Shown here: positions 39,141-53,309 of the stretch, in pieces
How the letters are laid out: every line of letters begins with the position of its first letter
Position numbering within the stretch: the stretch's first letter is position 1
Assembly: GCF_001194135.2 (NCBI RefSeq)
Contig: NC_068984.1
Location: 3,583,274 to 3,647,273, forward strand
Direction of reading: 5' to 3'
From: Octopus bimaculoides
Lineage: Eukaryota
Length of the DNA: 64,000 bases
Notes under the pieces: generated by a model
The model's input: only the letters and a program-made list of their open reading frames with translations
The model's database searches: none
Told to the model about the DNA's origin: nothing
Made by a program: the position numbers and the translations under genes

Positions 39141-39207
39141 CACTAGTGCTGCACTATGTATAGTGCTGCACTAGTGCTGCACTATGTATAGTGCTGCACT
39201 AGTGCTA
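39141..39207. repeat. Palindromic minisatellite: alternating CACTAGTGCTG and CACTATGTATAGTGCTG units (28-bp period)
   Basis: Read directly. Preceded by (GTTAAGTATAT)x3 at ~39086-39118. Confidence 0.9.
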
Positions 39208-39279
39208 CACAATGTCATATTTGTATATACATATATATATATATATATACACAGACACAGACATGTATGTATGTATATA

Positions 39280-39324
<45 letters not shown>

Positions 39325-40351
39325 ATATACATATACATAATCAATAAAGCTGCAAATTGCAGCTTTATTAATAAAGTATATTACTCTACCTCCAGTATTC
39401 GAGTATTATTTTTTCCACCTTGTTTCACATTTATGTGCTTACTCTGGTACGTACACACACACACACACACACACACAGCTACATATACTTCTGAAGAAAA
39501 TACTAAGAATTAAAGAATTCCAAAATCTACCTAAAACGTTTTTTTGTATCCACTTGCAGCATCCATCCACAATAGCCACCCTAAAACTGGAGAGAAAACT
39601 GTTTAAAATGCAGAGTTAATTAATAATTTGACTGCTAGCACAGACACACACTTAAAAACTGATGGCGGTAAATTAAAGATGCTATTGAAGGTAAATTTGA
39701 AATAAGTTTTAAAGCTAAATCTAAAATGGTTAAGAGTTAACACCAGATTTTGGCAAATATAGATCTTTGTGAAACACCAACAACACCAAAGCAGTCTCTC
39801 TCTCATTCTTACTCACACACAATAATATTTCCCAATCTGTTTAACTGATCATTATCTTCCCATCTGGATATGCAATTAACAAGGTCTATCCATCAAACCA
39901 CCCACAACTTCCATGGACCATTCATGTTTTCAAATCCACCAAATGTACAGCAATTAAGAATCTCTACATACTTTGTTTTTACATACACACAATATATAGG
40001 TGAGGGTAGAGGTAACATCATCCCTGGGTATCAGTCGGTGTGAGATGTAGTGATCCCCAGTAGGTACTGAAGCTTGCCTCTATTCAAAATGACACACAAT
40101 CATAAAACTATTGCGTAGAGAAACATCAGATTTCCATCTTATATTTGTCTACAGAAAATATGAAGAAGGAAAAGACGAAAATGTTTCAAAACATAAAACC
40201 ACACACATACATCTTCATACACACACTGATATCCTTATTTAACATCCATATTCCACACTATGTATACATACGTGTGTGTGTACACATACATATTCATACA
40301 CACACACTCATGTACATACATGTGTGTATGTGAATATACATACATATACAA

Positions 40352-40383
<32 letters not shown>

Positions 40384-40544
40384 TTTTTTTTCTAACAAAT
40401 TTATAATGCATGAAGAAAAATCTGCATGAGTATTAGATGGCAGCGTCCTTCCTGAGTATGCGCAAAAATTTTCTTGTCTGCAGGTCACGCCATTCGCCCA
40501 CAGTGACGCTTTGAGTACAGGCATGAAGAATTTGCTGTGCAATT

Positions 40545-40725
40545 TCTCTTTTTGAGTCAAGATGAACGAGCACATTGAGTAAAGATTCTGTATCAGATTC
40601 TGCTGAAAACTTGGTGATACACAAGCCCAGACTATCGGGAAGGTTCAGAAGGCCTTTGGAGATGATGCTATGGGGAAAAACACAGATAGAAGTGTGGTAC
40701 CACCGGTTCAAAGATGGCCGCACCC
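40545..40725 (+). mobile_element. Mariner transposase N-terminal HTH remnant
   Basis: Reads E*RFCIRFC*KLGDTQAQTIGKVQKAFGDDAMGKTQIEVWYHRFKDGR, matching the mariner QR.CIKFC..LG.....T...L..AFG..A.S...V..W..RFK.GR pattern. Confidence 0.85.
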
Positions 40726-40869
40726 CAACATCAACCCTGTCAATTTCATCAGCTTTCAAGGACCTGCAACAATTAACTTTCAGAAGGTTTTCAAGTCATG
40801 AAAGTGTATCAAAACTAATGAAGGTGCCCCAGTATATGTGTGTGTGTGTCTACCCATGGATTACACTGG

Positions 40870-41100
40870 ACTCTTCCATTGGTGACAAATCACTCCAATA
40901 CACCACAACGTTTGAACCTTTTGAACTTTTCTAAACTTTTTTATACTTTCTGCTTCTCCCTGTTTATTTCTGTGTTCCTTTCTGCCAAAGAGCATAGGCC
41001 TGAAACGTAAAGGATTTTCTCACTTCCCGAGTGTTAAACTAATAAATCTGTTTGTTGTTTACACACCTGTCTTTGTCTTTTGTTTTTTTGTATGTTCTTC
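40870..41100 (+). mobile_element. Probable Penelope-like terminal repeat fragment with decayed hammerhead-like core
   Basis: CTGCCAA-AGAGC-ATAG-GCCT-GAAACGT (40982-41008) has the spacing of a minimal hammerhead CUGAUGA-stemII-GAAAC but is mutated. Followed by AATAAA and a T-rich tail. Confidence 0.45.
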
Positions 41101-41120
41101 ATTTCGTTCGTTTCTCACTC

Positions 41121-41175
<55 letters not shown>

Positions 41176-43615
41176 CTATCTTGTTAAATAAAAAAGGTCA
41201 GGAAGAGAACATTCTGTAGTACCTAAGTCATAGAGCATTTTGTATTCGTTCATTACCAGCATATTCTATTATTGTACGTACTACTAGATTTTGTGAGACT
41301 TTATATCTTCAGCCATTATTAGAGACAGATGGCAATATATCTTGTTATATTTCTTTCTTTCTTTTATTTACTTACTGTTTTAGTTTATTATATTGCTGTA
41401 TTTTTTATTTTATATTTTTCCAATTGTATCATTTTGCTTTAAGTGATTGAAAAACATTTTCCTTATAATCACCTTCTCTTCTTTCTTCCAAACTTTCAAA
41501 ACTACTTCTAGCCTTAGTTCCAGTTCTAGCAGTTTTATTGGGACACAGCCCATCCAGGGCTTCAACCCACCACCACCGCCACCGCCACCANNNNNNNNNN
41601 NNNNNNNNNNNNNNNNNNNNNNNNNNNNNNNNNNNNNNNNNNNNNNNNNNNNNNNNNNNNNNNNNNNNNNNNNNNNNNNNNNNNNNNNNNNNNNNNNNNN
41701 NNNNNNNNNNNNNNNNNNNNNNNNNNNNNNNNNNNNNNNNNNNNNNNNNNNNNNNNNNNNNNNNNNNNNNNNNNNNNNNNNNNNNNNNNNNNNNNNNNNN
41801 NNNNNNNNNNNNNNNNNNNNNNNNNNNNNNNNNNNNNNNNNNNNNNNNNNNNNNNNNNNNNNNNNNNNNNNNNNNNNNNNNNNNNNNNNNNNNNNNNNNN
41901 NNNNNNNNNNNNNNNNNNNNNNNNNNNNNNNNNNNNNNNNNNNNNNNNNNNNNNCTGTAACTGCTGATGTTACCCATTAAATCTATAAGGAGGGTCCTTA
42001 AACATGGAAGATATTGTTTTTGATATAAGAAACTCTATATTTTTGTTTTAGGGTTTAATTGCAAAGAAGGGGCAGTGCCCTTAATTGTTGCAGGTCCTTG
42101 GAAGCTGGTAAAATTGTTAGCGTTGATGTTGAATAAAAACAGTCTTAGGGAAAAGTGTGAATGAGAGAATTCCAAAAGTTGCCAGGGTGGAAGGGTTTGG
42201 TAAAGTGGTTCGGGTGGAAGAGTGACAATAAAAAAAAAGTGGATTTCAGATAAACTTGAGTGAAGGTGACATAATGTTTATCCTGTTTCCATGGCAAGAA
42301 ATTGTTGTAGAAATAAATAATTTGGGAATATTCAGGTAGAACTTCAAATAACCTGCAAGTTTTCATATTGTTTAACCTTTATTTTTAAATCAAAAAAGTT
42401 ATTAGTTTTACAAACTATATATATATATATATATATTATGAGGGTATATATATATTTATACACACACACACACACACACACATACATACATACAAACATA
42501 CATACATATATTTCTTTAATTTCTAATGCTTGTTTTAATTTTTTTTTTTTAATAGCTGTTGATAATAATCATCTAATTACTATAATTATCAAAGTTCAGC
42601 TAAGAGAACTGAGCAATTTACCATGACCAAAGTAATAAGGAACCCAACACATGTAACAGCAGCAGCAGCAGCAGTGGCAGCAGCATCAACAGCAGCATAA
42701 TGTCACCAGTCATCAGTGAGTAAGAAATAGATTAAAAACCAATATTTTTTAATCTGAGATGTATATCCCACTTGACAAAATCATTGACAGCGATAATAAG
42801 GAAGTGATTAAAGAGTTCAATTAAATATTCTATAGCCTAATTAACAATAACAATGTATCAAATTATTGTATCAATTCTTGACTGACCAAAAAAATTAATT
42901 TTTTGATTTTTTGTAAATTAAGAATTCTTTAAGTTTTTTAATCATTAATTTTTTCTCACTTTATGATAAATTTCCAGGCACACACACATATTCACAGACA
43001 CAAACACACACAGATTTACCAAAACAAATATAGACATAAGGTTTTTCTTCTTTTTTTTTTAATGAAAACTGGTATAGGTTAAATCTACAAAAAAAAATCA
43101 ATCAGATTTTCTTTTCAAAAAAAAGATAAAATTAATTTTTCTTTTTTCTTAGAAAACATTATTAATTTGATTTTTCATAATACAATTTGATTAAAATTTT
43201 AGAAAAACGCCATTAAAAACTGAAGCAACACCACACATACACACACACCGCTAACAAACTGCAAATGTGCACTCAATATTTTTGGTTTCTTTTTGTTTAA
43301 ATACAATAGACATGTCATATACTTTTACAAATATCCCATATAGGTCAGTGCAGTTACTTGCAGTTATCATTTCCTTAGAACATTTATAAAAATGTTCAAA
43401 AGTAATGGCTACACTGAAATCTATTTTAATTTCTTTAACACAAAAACTCAGAGTAACAGCAAAGGAAATGAAGATATTGATTTCAATATTTTATAGACAT
43501 TTTATTCATTTTAATCAGTGGGAAAAGCATTTGTGTATATTTTGGTTTGGCACTAATTTCACTGAATTTTTATTTGATAATCTTTTAAGTTACAGGACGT
43601 ATATAAAAAAAAGAA

Positions 43616-43666
43616 CACCATTACAGACCATTCACACCATTACAGACCATTCACACCATTACAGAC
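43616..43666. repeat. 19-bp tandem repeat CACCATTACAGACCATTCA x2.7
   Basis: Read directly. Confidence 0.9.
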
Positions 43667-43678
43667 ATAAACACAGAG

Positions 43679-43710
<32 letters not shown>

Positions 43711-44041
43711 TACAAACATACATAATTTAATTGAAAGGCATTACAAAGTGACTCCAAGACCAAGAGTTTCGTGCAATGTTACTTGAGTTACTTTAGAATT
43801 TCTATCAATATAAAAAAAGGGTAGACTCAAAATTTGAGTTTTTTTTTCTTTTTTATCTCTGTTTGTATTTCCCCCAATTTTTATATATATATGCACATGC
43901 TACTGTCACGTATAAAGAACTGGTGTTGGTGTCATGCAAAAGCACACGTGCCAGTGTGACACATTGGCACCTGATGCCCTTCTTCTACCCATGCCTTGTA
44001 CCTTTAGTAGAAAGGATTATTATTATTATTATTATTATTAA

Positions 44042-44080
<39 letters not shown>

Positions 44081-44941
44081 CCATTTTGTTCATTGTGTAC
44101 AAGTGAGTGTGTATATTCAACAATTTTGAATTTTAGAAAAATCGTAGTATGTCTTTGACAATTCCTGGGGGTATTGAATTTATATTGTGCATGACTTTTG
44201 GCAACTATCGTGCCAAATCAGACAATGAAACACAATGCAGTTCTTGGACCCTGGAGCTTGTTAAACCATACAACCCAAGCTAATATGGAACATGGACATT
44301 AAATGATGGAGCTGATGATGATTAATATATGAAGATATAAGACGTATATATATATATATATATATGCACACCACACACATTATATATCTCTAGATATATA
44401 TACATACACATGAGCACATATATTCATATACACACATATCTATATATGATGATGATTACACACACACACACACACATACAAGAACAGTTGTACATATCAA
44501 CTTGGGAAGAATATAATTAGACTTTTCCTGTAAATAGTTACTTAAGGATAATTTAAATTATATCTACAGCAGCTAAATGATGTCTCTAAACTGTGAAGAA
44601 GGACCCCCATAATGAAAAGACAAAAATTCTATTAATGAGATAAATAACAAAGGTAAAAAAAAGAATAAATTAAATGGACTCAATCATTTACATAAATAAA
44701 TAAACAAGATAGAATAAAGAGACATAAGATTTATGTTTGAAAGTGACTAAAGTCATATGTGTTTAAAGTTTAAACAGCAGCCATACAGTAGACTCACATA
44801 ATTAAAGTTTAGCAACAGGTAAAAACCTAACCGAAATGTTAAATGTACCTTAAACATATACGGAATATAAATTAAAGATATACAGAATATATATTAAGCA
44901 TACATGAAATATGTTTGAAATGTATATGAAATACACATTAA

Positions 44942-45411
44942 CCCATTGTCTGCCATGAGCCCCATTTGGAGATCAGCTAAAAACAATCTCACTGCTGGTT
45001 GTTCGTTGTATTTAAGCATTGCATTTGCAGAGGTGTGTTCAATAATATTTGGTGGTTAAAGTTTGCCATTATTAGCCCTGGCTAATTCTAGAGAACATTT
45101 TATGTCATAAATCACAATTTTTGAACTACAAAAATGCTGACTGTTTTGAAAACGCTTTTTTTTTTTTTGCATTTCCCATTTATATCATTCATTGATATTT
45201 CATATACATTCACATTTGATACTATAGTTTCAAAAAAACTAAATTGTTTATTATTGCAATTGAATAGAAAAAGTTAAGTAGGCTTTTTTTCAGTGATCCC
45301 CATTTGGGACTTTTCAAAAAAATTTATCATAATTTCCAAAATAATTCACATGTGAACAAAATTTAGGCAAAGCCAAAACAGATGAATAAAAAAAATCTGG
45401 CAGTTAATGGG
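44942..45411. mobile_element. piggyBac-type MITE (470 bp)
   Basis: TTAA (44938-44941) then CCCATTGTCTGCCA, ending TGGCAGTTAATGGG then TTAA (45412-45415). 12/14 TIR match, CCC/GGG ends, no coding capacity. Confidence 0.85.
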
Positions 45412-45917
45412 TTAAATACATTTGAAATATATATTAAACTCATATGAAATATATCTTAAACATATAGATTAAAGTGATACAAAGTTTCAAGTGAAATGAA
45501 ACTACGAAGAGAAACAAACGAAACAAGCCAGCAGCAACCCATCCACCCAGATTTATTAAAACAGATTTTTAACAGATACAGGGCAATTGAGTCAATGATC
45601 ACGTCATTGAAGGGTGGCAAAACATTTAGATACTTTGCAGTAGACGCTACTATTGAGAAGTAAATGTAACAGTTTTTGTGTTGTAAAATGGTTAAAATGA
45701 CTGTTCCATGCTGTAATTGTTTCATTAATGAACATTTGAACAGGTTGTCTCAAATTATTTACCAAACCAGTATGGCAGGAACAGAATGAATTTCTAACTC
45801 TCACATAGAAATATAAGTAATTAGACAAACAAATTGTTTTCATTTCTTTCTGCTGATCATGTGATAGGTCCAATGACAAATACTTTTGATCATGTGATAC
45901 AATGTACACACTATGGT

Positions 45918-45961
<44 letters not shown>

Positions 45962-48900
45962 GTAGACAATTCCACACTCAGCCTCGTTTCTTTATTCCAA
46001 CTGCCACTCACACTCACACTTTTGTTTACCCTTTCATATTGTAAACACACACACACTCACTATAAGCTTCTTTGAACAATGGACCACCATTACATTATTT
46101 TCTTTGCAAATATTTTTTTCCAATTTGCTTAATGAATAATTAACATAAAAATATAATTTCAATTATGACAAACCATAAAAACATAAGTGAAAGACAAAAG
46201 AAGAAAACAGTTGCCATGTTTTCATCTCTTCTCTCTGTTATTTCTATTTAGTCAGTGTCTTTATATACTCCATATTATTCCTGTTACTCCTGTTTAGTCA
46301 CTATGTCCTTAGATCCTCCATATTGCCTGTCTTTTATAGGTGTGTGTCTCTCTCTCTCTCTCTCTTTCATATTTTATTGTTACTCTGTCACTTTACAGAC
46401 ATAATTCTTCTCATCCCCCCCCTCCAAAGTTCCACTGACTCTTGCATTGCTTTTCTTCATTCCTCTCACCATTCTTTACAGTGTCCCTAACAAATGCTCA
46501 AACGCAGACACACTTACAGACACACATACATCCTTTATAATTAATATTGTATACTATATTTCATTTGATGTGAATGAAATGTCTGAATGAAACATAGTAG
46601 TTAGACCTGCCTCTAACGACAGTAATTTCAAATAAAAATTATTTGGATGGTGACAACCTGTTCAACCAAGCCTCAAGCCAGCATGGAGTGCATACTCAAG
46701 ATAACATTACAGTTGGGTAGATAAGCAGACACATGCACAGACTATCCCCTAAGCAGCTGAACCCAGATTAAAATGGCACCTAAATCCCACAGCAAGATAA
46801 ACAGACATGTATAAGTGTGTGTGTATGTATACACATACAGGCAGACAGGCAAATATATATAATTGTCTATGTATACGTATGTGTGTATGAGTGGAAAATC
46901 ATACCATACAGCTAGACAAACACACGTGTATAGGGATGTGATACCCCATGGCAAGATAAACAGATACACGTATACATGGAGAAGTGGTGCCATACAGCTA
47001 AATAAACAGACACAGATATTTTGAGAGAAGACCATTTTGTCCAGAAACACAAAGGGACACAGATTTGAGCTCATGAACAGGCAATCCACTTGTATATAGT
47101 GTTATGAGTAAACAAAAGTCATTAGAATGGAGGCTAGAAATGCCCCTTGGTTTTTGTTCCAACTGTCTCCGTTCTGAGTTCAAATCCTGCCTAATTCAAC
47201 TTTTACTTTCATCTTTTCAGCATCAACAAAAATATGTAGCAATCAAGTGAGGTGGTTTGTTGGTGGAACAGTCGGAGGGTCAGACAAGATGATGTCTGTT
47301 GGTCCCTGTTTGGGTTCTGATATTAAAACCTACAATAACACTGGTAACAAGCTGTGTTGGTTTTCTTTTTGGTAAACATTGGTGGCATGAACTGAGAGGA
47401 TGGGAGTGGAGAAGCCAGCATACACCAGCAACTGCTAGTCAACCTCAGGAAAAATTTGTGTGGTTGTAACATTTTTACACTTGAATCACTCAACTGTGAA
47501 GTTGGATAACAATCTCTTTTCAATTGACCAGGCATTCTAGAACAGAGTTATGTGCCTTGATTATGTAGAACAGATGATGTATAAAACATGTGTGTATGTG
47601 TGTGAACTAATTAACAAGGACTTTCGAGCGAGATCGTTGCCAGTGCCCCTGGACCGGCTCTTGTGCGGGTGGCACCTAAAATACACCATTTTGAGCATGG
47701 CCGTTGCTATTACCGCTTGACTGGCCTTCGTGCTGGTGGCACATAAAAGCACCAGTCCTCAGTCAAATCATCCAACCCAAGCTAGCATGGAAAGCAGACG
47801 TTAAACGATGATGATGATGATGATGATGATGATGACAGGTATAAGGCCACATAGTCAGGTGGGGTGGTAGTCAGTCAGGCCCACTCTAGAGTAAGAAATA
47901 ATGTGTCTTGAATGGCACAACAATGCACTATAATAACTTATAATTTAATTATCCATAATCTGATATAATAATATTTCGGAATATAAAAATTCCTTCTTCA
48001 GATATCCCTAGGGATTGATTGAGTCACTGCTATAATCGGTTTTCCAATGTTTTTTTTTATTCCAGAAGCGTCCCTGCAGTGGTCTCACAAAGCTCCTTCC
48101 AGAATTCCTCATGAGAAGTGCGTGAGGGGGCCTCATGAGAAGTGTGTGAGGGTGGCACATCCATAGCACTGCTTCTAAGTTATGTATTATATGTGCAGTT
48201 TCCTTTTTTTTTTTCTCTAATGTATTTTAATAATATGATGGAACCTTGGTTTACAAATTTAATTCATTCCTGAAGGCTGTTCATCACCTGAAATATTTGT
48301 AAGCCAAAACTACATTCCCCATAGGATATTCAAGAGGAGGCACAGTGAATTTAAGCAGGGGTGTGCACTGAGCAGATGCTAGACAGGAACTGATGCTCTC
48401 CTATTGATGATATTCACAGCTGTCATCAACTGTTGGTGATGGCTTGTGGGTTCATTACTTGAGACACTGTTTGCCACCTGAGACGTTTTATATTTAAAAA
48501 TTGTTTGTAAACCGGTTTGTGGTGGAAGATGTTCACAACCCAAGGTTCCACTGTACTTTATTCTACTGACTTCTGGAGAGATGAACGTCCAAGTTGACCA
48601 CGGCAGGATTTGAAATCAGAACCCGTAGAAATGCAACTAACTACTGCAAGGTATACTGTCCAACTGTCTACTATCGCTGCCAATTCATAAGAACAAATTA
48701 AAACCATAATACTGTTTATAAATCATTAAAACTGTTGCTTTAGTAATGAATGTCCACAGTGATAAATGTCCACAATGTGTTGGGTGACAGCTGTGGCCAG
48801 ATTAGACTATTTAAGATATTAAATACAACCATGATGACAATGATGGTGGTGGTGAGGATGGTGGTGATGAAGTTGGTGAAGGTGATGGTGGCAATAATGC

Positions 48901-51900
48901 TGATGACAATGTTGAAGAGGGTGATAGTGATAGTGGTGATGATGATGATGTCAATGGTGGTAAAGTATATGGTCACTGTGACGATGACAGTGGCACCAGG
49001 TTGATTCCACAACAGCGGTTCTGAATTCAGACCACTAGGAGAGAAGGAAGAGAGAGAGAGAGAAGAAGAGAGGTAGAGGGAAAGAAAGAGGGACATGATA
49101 ACACAATTTAGACTTTATACCACCATTATTCATCTCACTTTTAATCTCTCCTCCCTCTCTTATCTTCCTATAGACCTCTACCCACCACCACCTTTGATAT
49201 ACTCTGACACAATCTAACACCTTACCCCCACAGTACTATGCACTTACATACCCTCCACCCTCACCAGCCCCATCACATATAAACACAGTGTCACTCTTGT
49301 GTGTTGCTTCCTTGGGGCAACTGTTGGGTTTAATATTTTAATTAATTAACTAATCACTGTCTTCCTGGATTTTCATCCTCACACACCATTATAATCACTC
49401 AGTTGATAGACTGAGTTCATAGGCTCAGTTCTCACCAGGTTCCAAGACATTTGCACATGCAGTTGTTACAGAGAGAGAAGATGTGGGGACATTCTTTCAC
49501 AGACTTGTTTTTCATATTCTTTACAGCCTCATTGGTCCCAAGTTCAATTCTCACCGTGACCTGATTTCATCTTTATTCCATCAGGGGATTAGTATAAAAG
49601 TGAATCGATACAATCTACCCCCTTCCCACCACTTCTCTACTTTCAAAATATGTCTTCTCTGTAATCCTAATACATCACTGTATATTAATTATATGTATTT
49701 ATGAACCACTGTAGTTACCACTGACCAAACCATGCAACAGCTTGTCCCAGATTACATATTGCCAACAGCGCTGGCTAGACGTCACTGTTTGTTGCTACAG
49801 CCTTATAATTAATTATACTATATATTACCAACAAAACAGAATATAACAAGATCTACATTGTGTGTGTGTCCTCTTCCTCCTCCTCATTGTTACTTTACTT
49901 CTGTTTTCCATCCTAGCATGGGTTGGAGAGGTCATCCTATTGTAATTAGTCAGTTCTTGTTTACAGTTCCTGAAATGGATTAGAGAAGCATATCTCCTTT
50001 AATGGTTACATTTTCTGCTTCATTTTTATAGCTGGATGTCTCTCTTATGCACAGTGCACAGGTTGCATTCTATTGTGGCTCCCCACTGCTACAGAAGTTG
50101 TTATCCTCTTGACACACTAAAGGGTCCTCTCGACTCCTTTTGTCACAGAGTTCTGAGGGTGTTTTAGAGAGTCCTTAATATAGTAGTAGGGTTGACTTGT
50201 AACCTGCAAAAAAGCAGTCGGGATTCACCATCCTATGATGTGTTCTTTAGTTTAAAGGAACGATGGAGGCAGAGAGCGGGGAGAGGGAGAGGTAGATATG
50301 GGGGTGGAAGATGAGAGGGGGGTATGTGGATGAGAGAGGAGGGGTATGAGGCTGAAAGAGAGGAGTGGGAGGAAGAAAAGACGGGGAAGGAAATAGAGAG
50401 AGACGAGAGGGGGGAAAGAGATGGGGGAGAGAGGAGGAAGAGGGAAAGAAAGAGCAGTGGCAAAAGAGCCATGATGGGCAGGTAAAGAGAGGAAGATTGA
50501 TTAGAGTGAGAAGGGGAAGAGAGGAAGAGAAGGTAATGAAAGGGAACACTGGAAAAAGAGAGTGAGTGATGGCTGTCAATAACAAGTGTTTCAGGGTAGA
50601 GTGTAGGGGAGAGGAGACCTAATGCAGTGCCTTACACAAATTGCCTTATGGTGAAGATTGTGGGAGTGGCACAAAGTACACATGCAGGTTCAATACCTTC
50701 TCTCATTAGATTGGAAGCACAGCACAGTGAATAGGAGAGAGTGTGGAGGGATATTCAGAAAAGTAGTGGTTGGTAAAATCAACAAACCTTTTCCAACCAC
50801 TGCTTTTCCAAATGTCCTGAAGAATGGGTCTTCAACCCAAAATATGGAAATACAAGATAAAACCACAATTTTGTTCTGTTATCTTTTCATTTGTACCTTC
50901 TCGCATTGTTCTGGCTTTACACGAAGACATTCTTTAAAGTTATACCTGACAATGCTTCACAAAAAATACCTCAATATATATATATATATATATATATCAT
51001 CATCATCATCATCATCATCGTTTAACGTCCGCTTTCCATGCTAGCATGGGTTGGACGATTTGACTGAGGACTGGTGAAACCGGATGGCAACACCAGGCTC
51101 CAGTCTAATTTGGCAGAGTTTCTACAGCTGGATGCCNNNNNNNNNNNNNNNNNNNNNNNNNNNNNNNNNNNNNNNNNNNNNNNNNNNNNNNNNNNNNNNN
51201 NNNNNNNNNNNNNNNNNNNNNNNNNNNNNNNNNNNNNNNNNNNNNNNNNNNNNNNNNNNNNNNNNNNNNNNNNNNNNNNNNNNNNNNNNNNNNNNNNNNN
51301 NNNNNNNNNNNNNNNNNNNNNNNNNNNNNNNNNNNNNNNNNNNNNNNNNNNNNNNNNNNNNNNNNNNNNNNNNNNNNNNNNNNNNNNNNNNNNNNNNNNN
51401 NNNNNNNNNNNNNNNNNNNNNNNNNNNNNNNNNNNNNNNNNNNNNNNNNNNNNNNNNNNNNNNNNNNNNNNNNNNNNNNNNNNNNNNNNNNNNNNNNNNN
51501 NNNNNNNNNNNNNNNNNNNNNNNNNNNNNNNNNNNNNNNNNNNNNNNNNNNNNNNNNNNNNNNNNNNNNNNNNNNNNNNNNNNNNNNNNNNNNNNNNNNN
51601 NNNNNNNNNNNNNNNNNNNNNNNNNNNNNNNNNNNNNNNNTTCTAATGTTCAGCTTTTCTCTCAAGATACTTACACTCTGACGAGTATTCACATTGACAT
51701 TACACATCCAATGGAGCATACTGGCTTCTATATATATATATATATATATACTCTCTGAGTGGTTGGCGTTAGGAAGGGCATCCAGCTGTAGAAACTCTGC
51801 CAAATTTAGATTGGAGCCTGGTGTTGCCATCCGGTTTCACCAGTCCTCAGTCAAATCGTCCAACCCATGCTAGCATGGAAAGCGGACGTTAAATGATGAT

Positions 51901-52449
51901 GATGATGATGATGATGATATATATGCAAGTCAAAAATTAAAAATTACAAACAACAAAAGTAAAAAGGACATACACACGGAATGTATAAGATGGAAAAAAA
52001 GAGTGAGTATATAATGCTTTGAGCATGGCTCTTCATCAGAAAAAGAAGAGAGGAAAGACCTGGAGATGGGGAAAAAGTTCAAGAAAGGCATGTGTTTGGT
52101 TACTTAGCAGAAGTGGAGAGAGAGATAGAGAAAAGAGAATTTGAAGACAGGAGAGTCCAAAAATGGCCAGCAGCAGCAGCAGGAGCAGGAGGAGGAGGTG
52201 GTGGTGGTGGTAGTATCTGTGTGCACATGGGTTTGTGTAAGTGTGAGTAATGTATATGTAAAGGAGTGGTGTGGACAGGTTAGCAGCCATTGTTAAATTT
52301 GGCAGTGAGAGGCAAGGTGACAAGTTTGTGAGTGCATTGGTGTTGCTGTGTGTGTTTGTATGAGTGTGTGAGTAGGTGTGTGTATATGCATACAGATGTG
52401 TGTGTGTGTGTGAAAAGAAAAGTGACGAGTGTGTGAGTGCACTGGTATT

Positions 52450-52484
<35 letters not shown>

Positions 52485-53309
52485 ATTTGTGTGTATATGA
52501 GTGTGACTGTGTGGGTGGGTGTGAGAGCAGCAATGTCACAAGTGTGTGAGTGCATTGTTGCTGTGTGTGTGTGTGTGTGTGGGGATGTTTGCATATGTGT
52601 TTGTGTATACATATGTACATGTATGTCTGCACATATGTGTATTGGCATGTGTGAAAGGTTTTTTTGTACATGCCAGGAAATGGAAACATGCGTGTGTGTG
52701 TGTGTGTGCGTGTGCGTGCGCACACATGTATGGTAGATGTGTATGTAGTATGTGGGGGTACAAGCTACTTATATGAATGAGTGGAAGATGAAATGAAATT
52801 AAGAATAATTATATGTATTTTATTGCTCCATCACTAGCCTCAATTTTCAAGTTCATTTAGCATTGTTTATGCAATTAGACAGTTGCCTCTAGCACTGAAT
52901 CACCAGTCAGCAGTCTTTTGCCATCTTCAAGAGATACAAGGTTAAGAGCAACCTCCAAGAATTCTTCTTCATGTCTGCCCAGGTGTTTCTCCTCTTCAAG
53001 TTCCAGTCGCTTTGTGTGTGTCGCTCTTCTTTATACAACCGTCACACACACGCACAAGCGTATGGAGGAGGTAAGAGTGAGAATAGTTATTATGTGTTGA
53101 AAATATGTCAATATTAATAACAATGGTCAGACATTTGGAAGAAGAGAGTTTAGTTACTAGGACTTGACAGGAGCTCAATTTATGGATCCTGGAAAGATGA
53201 AATGCAAAATCATCTTCAACAGGTTTGAACTTGGAATATACGAGAACATAATACAGCAAGGCATTTGGTTAGCAATTCTAAAACTTTTACCATTCACCAA
53301 CCTAATTAA

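Noticed and set aside
51074-51830. Long ORFs containing X runs (also 33319-33903, 41429-41980)
   Set aside because: Length comes from N-gaps. These gaps could hide an extra FoxP exon, but exons B and C already join in phase.
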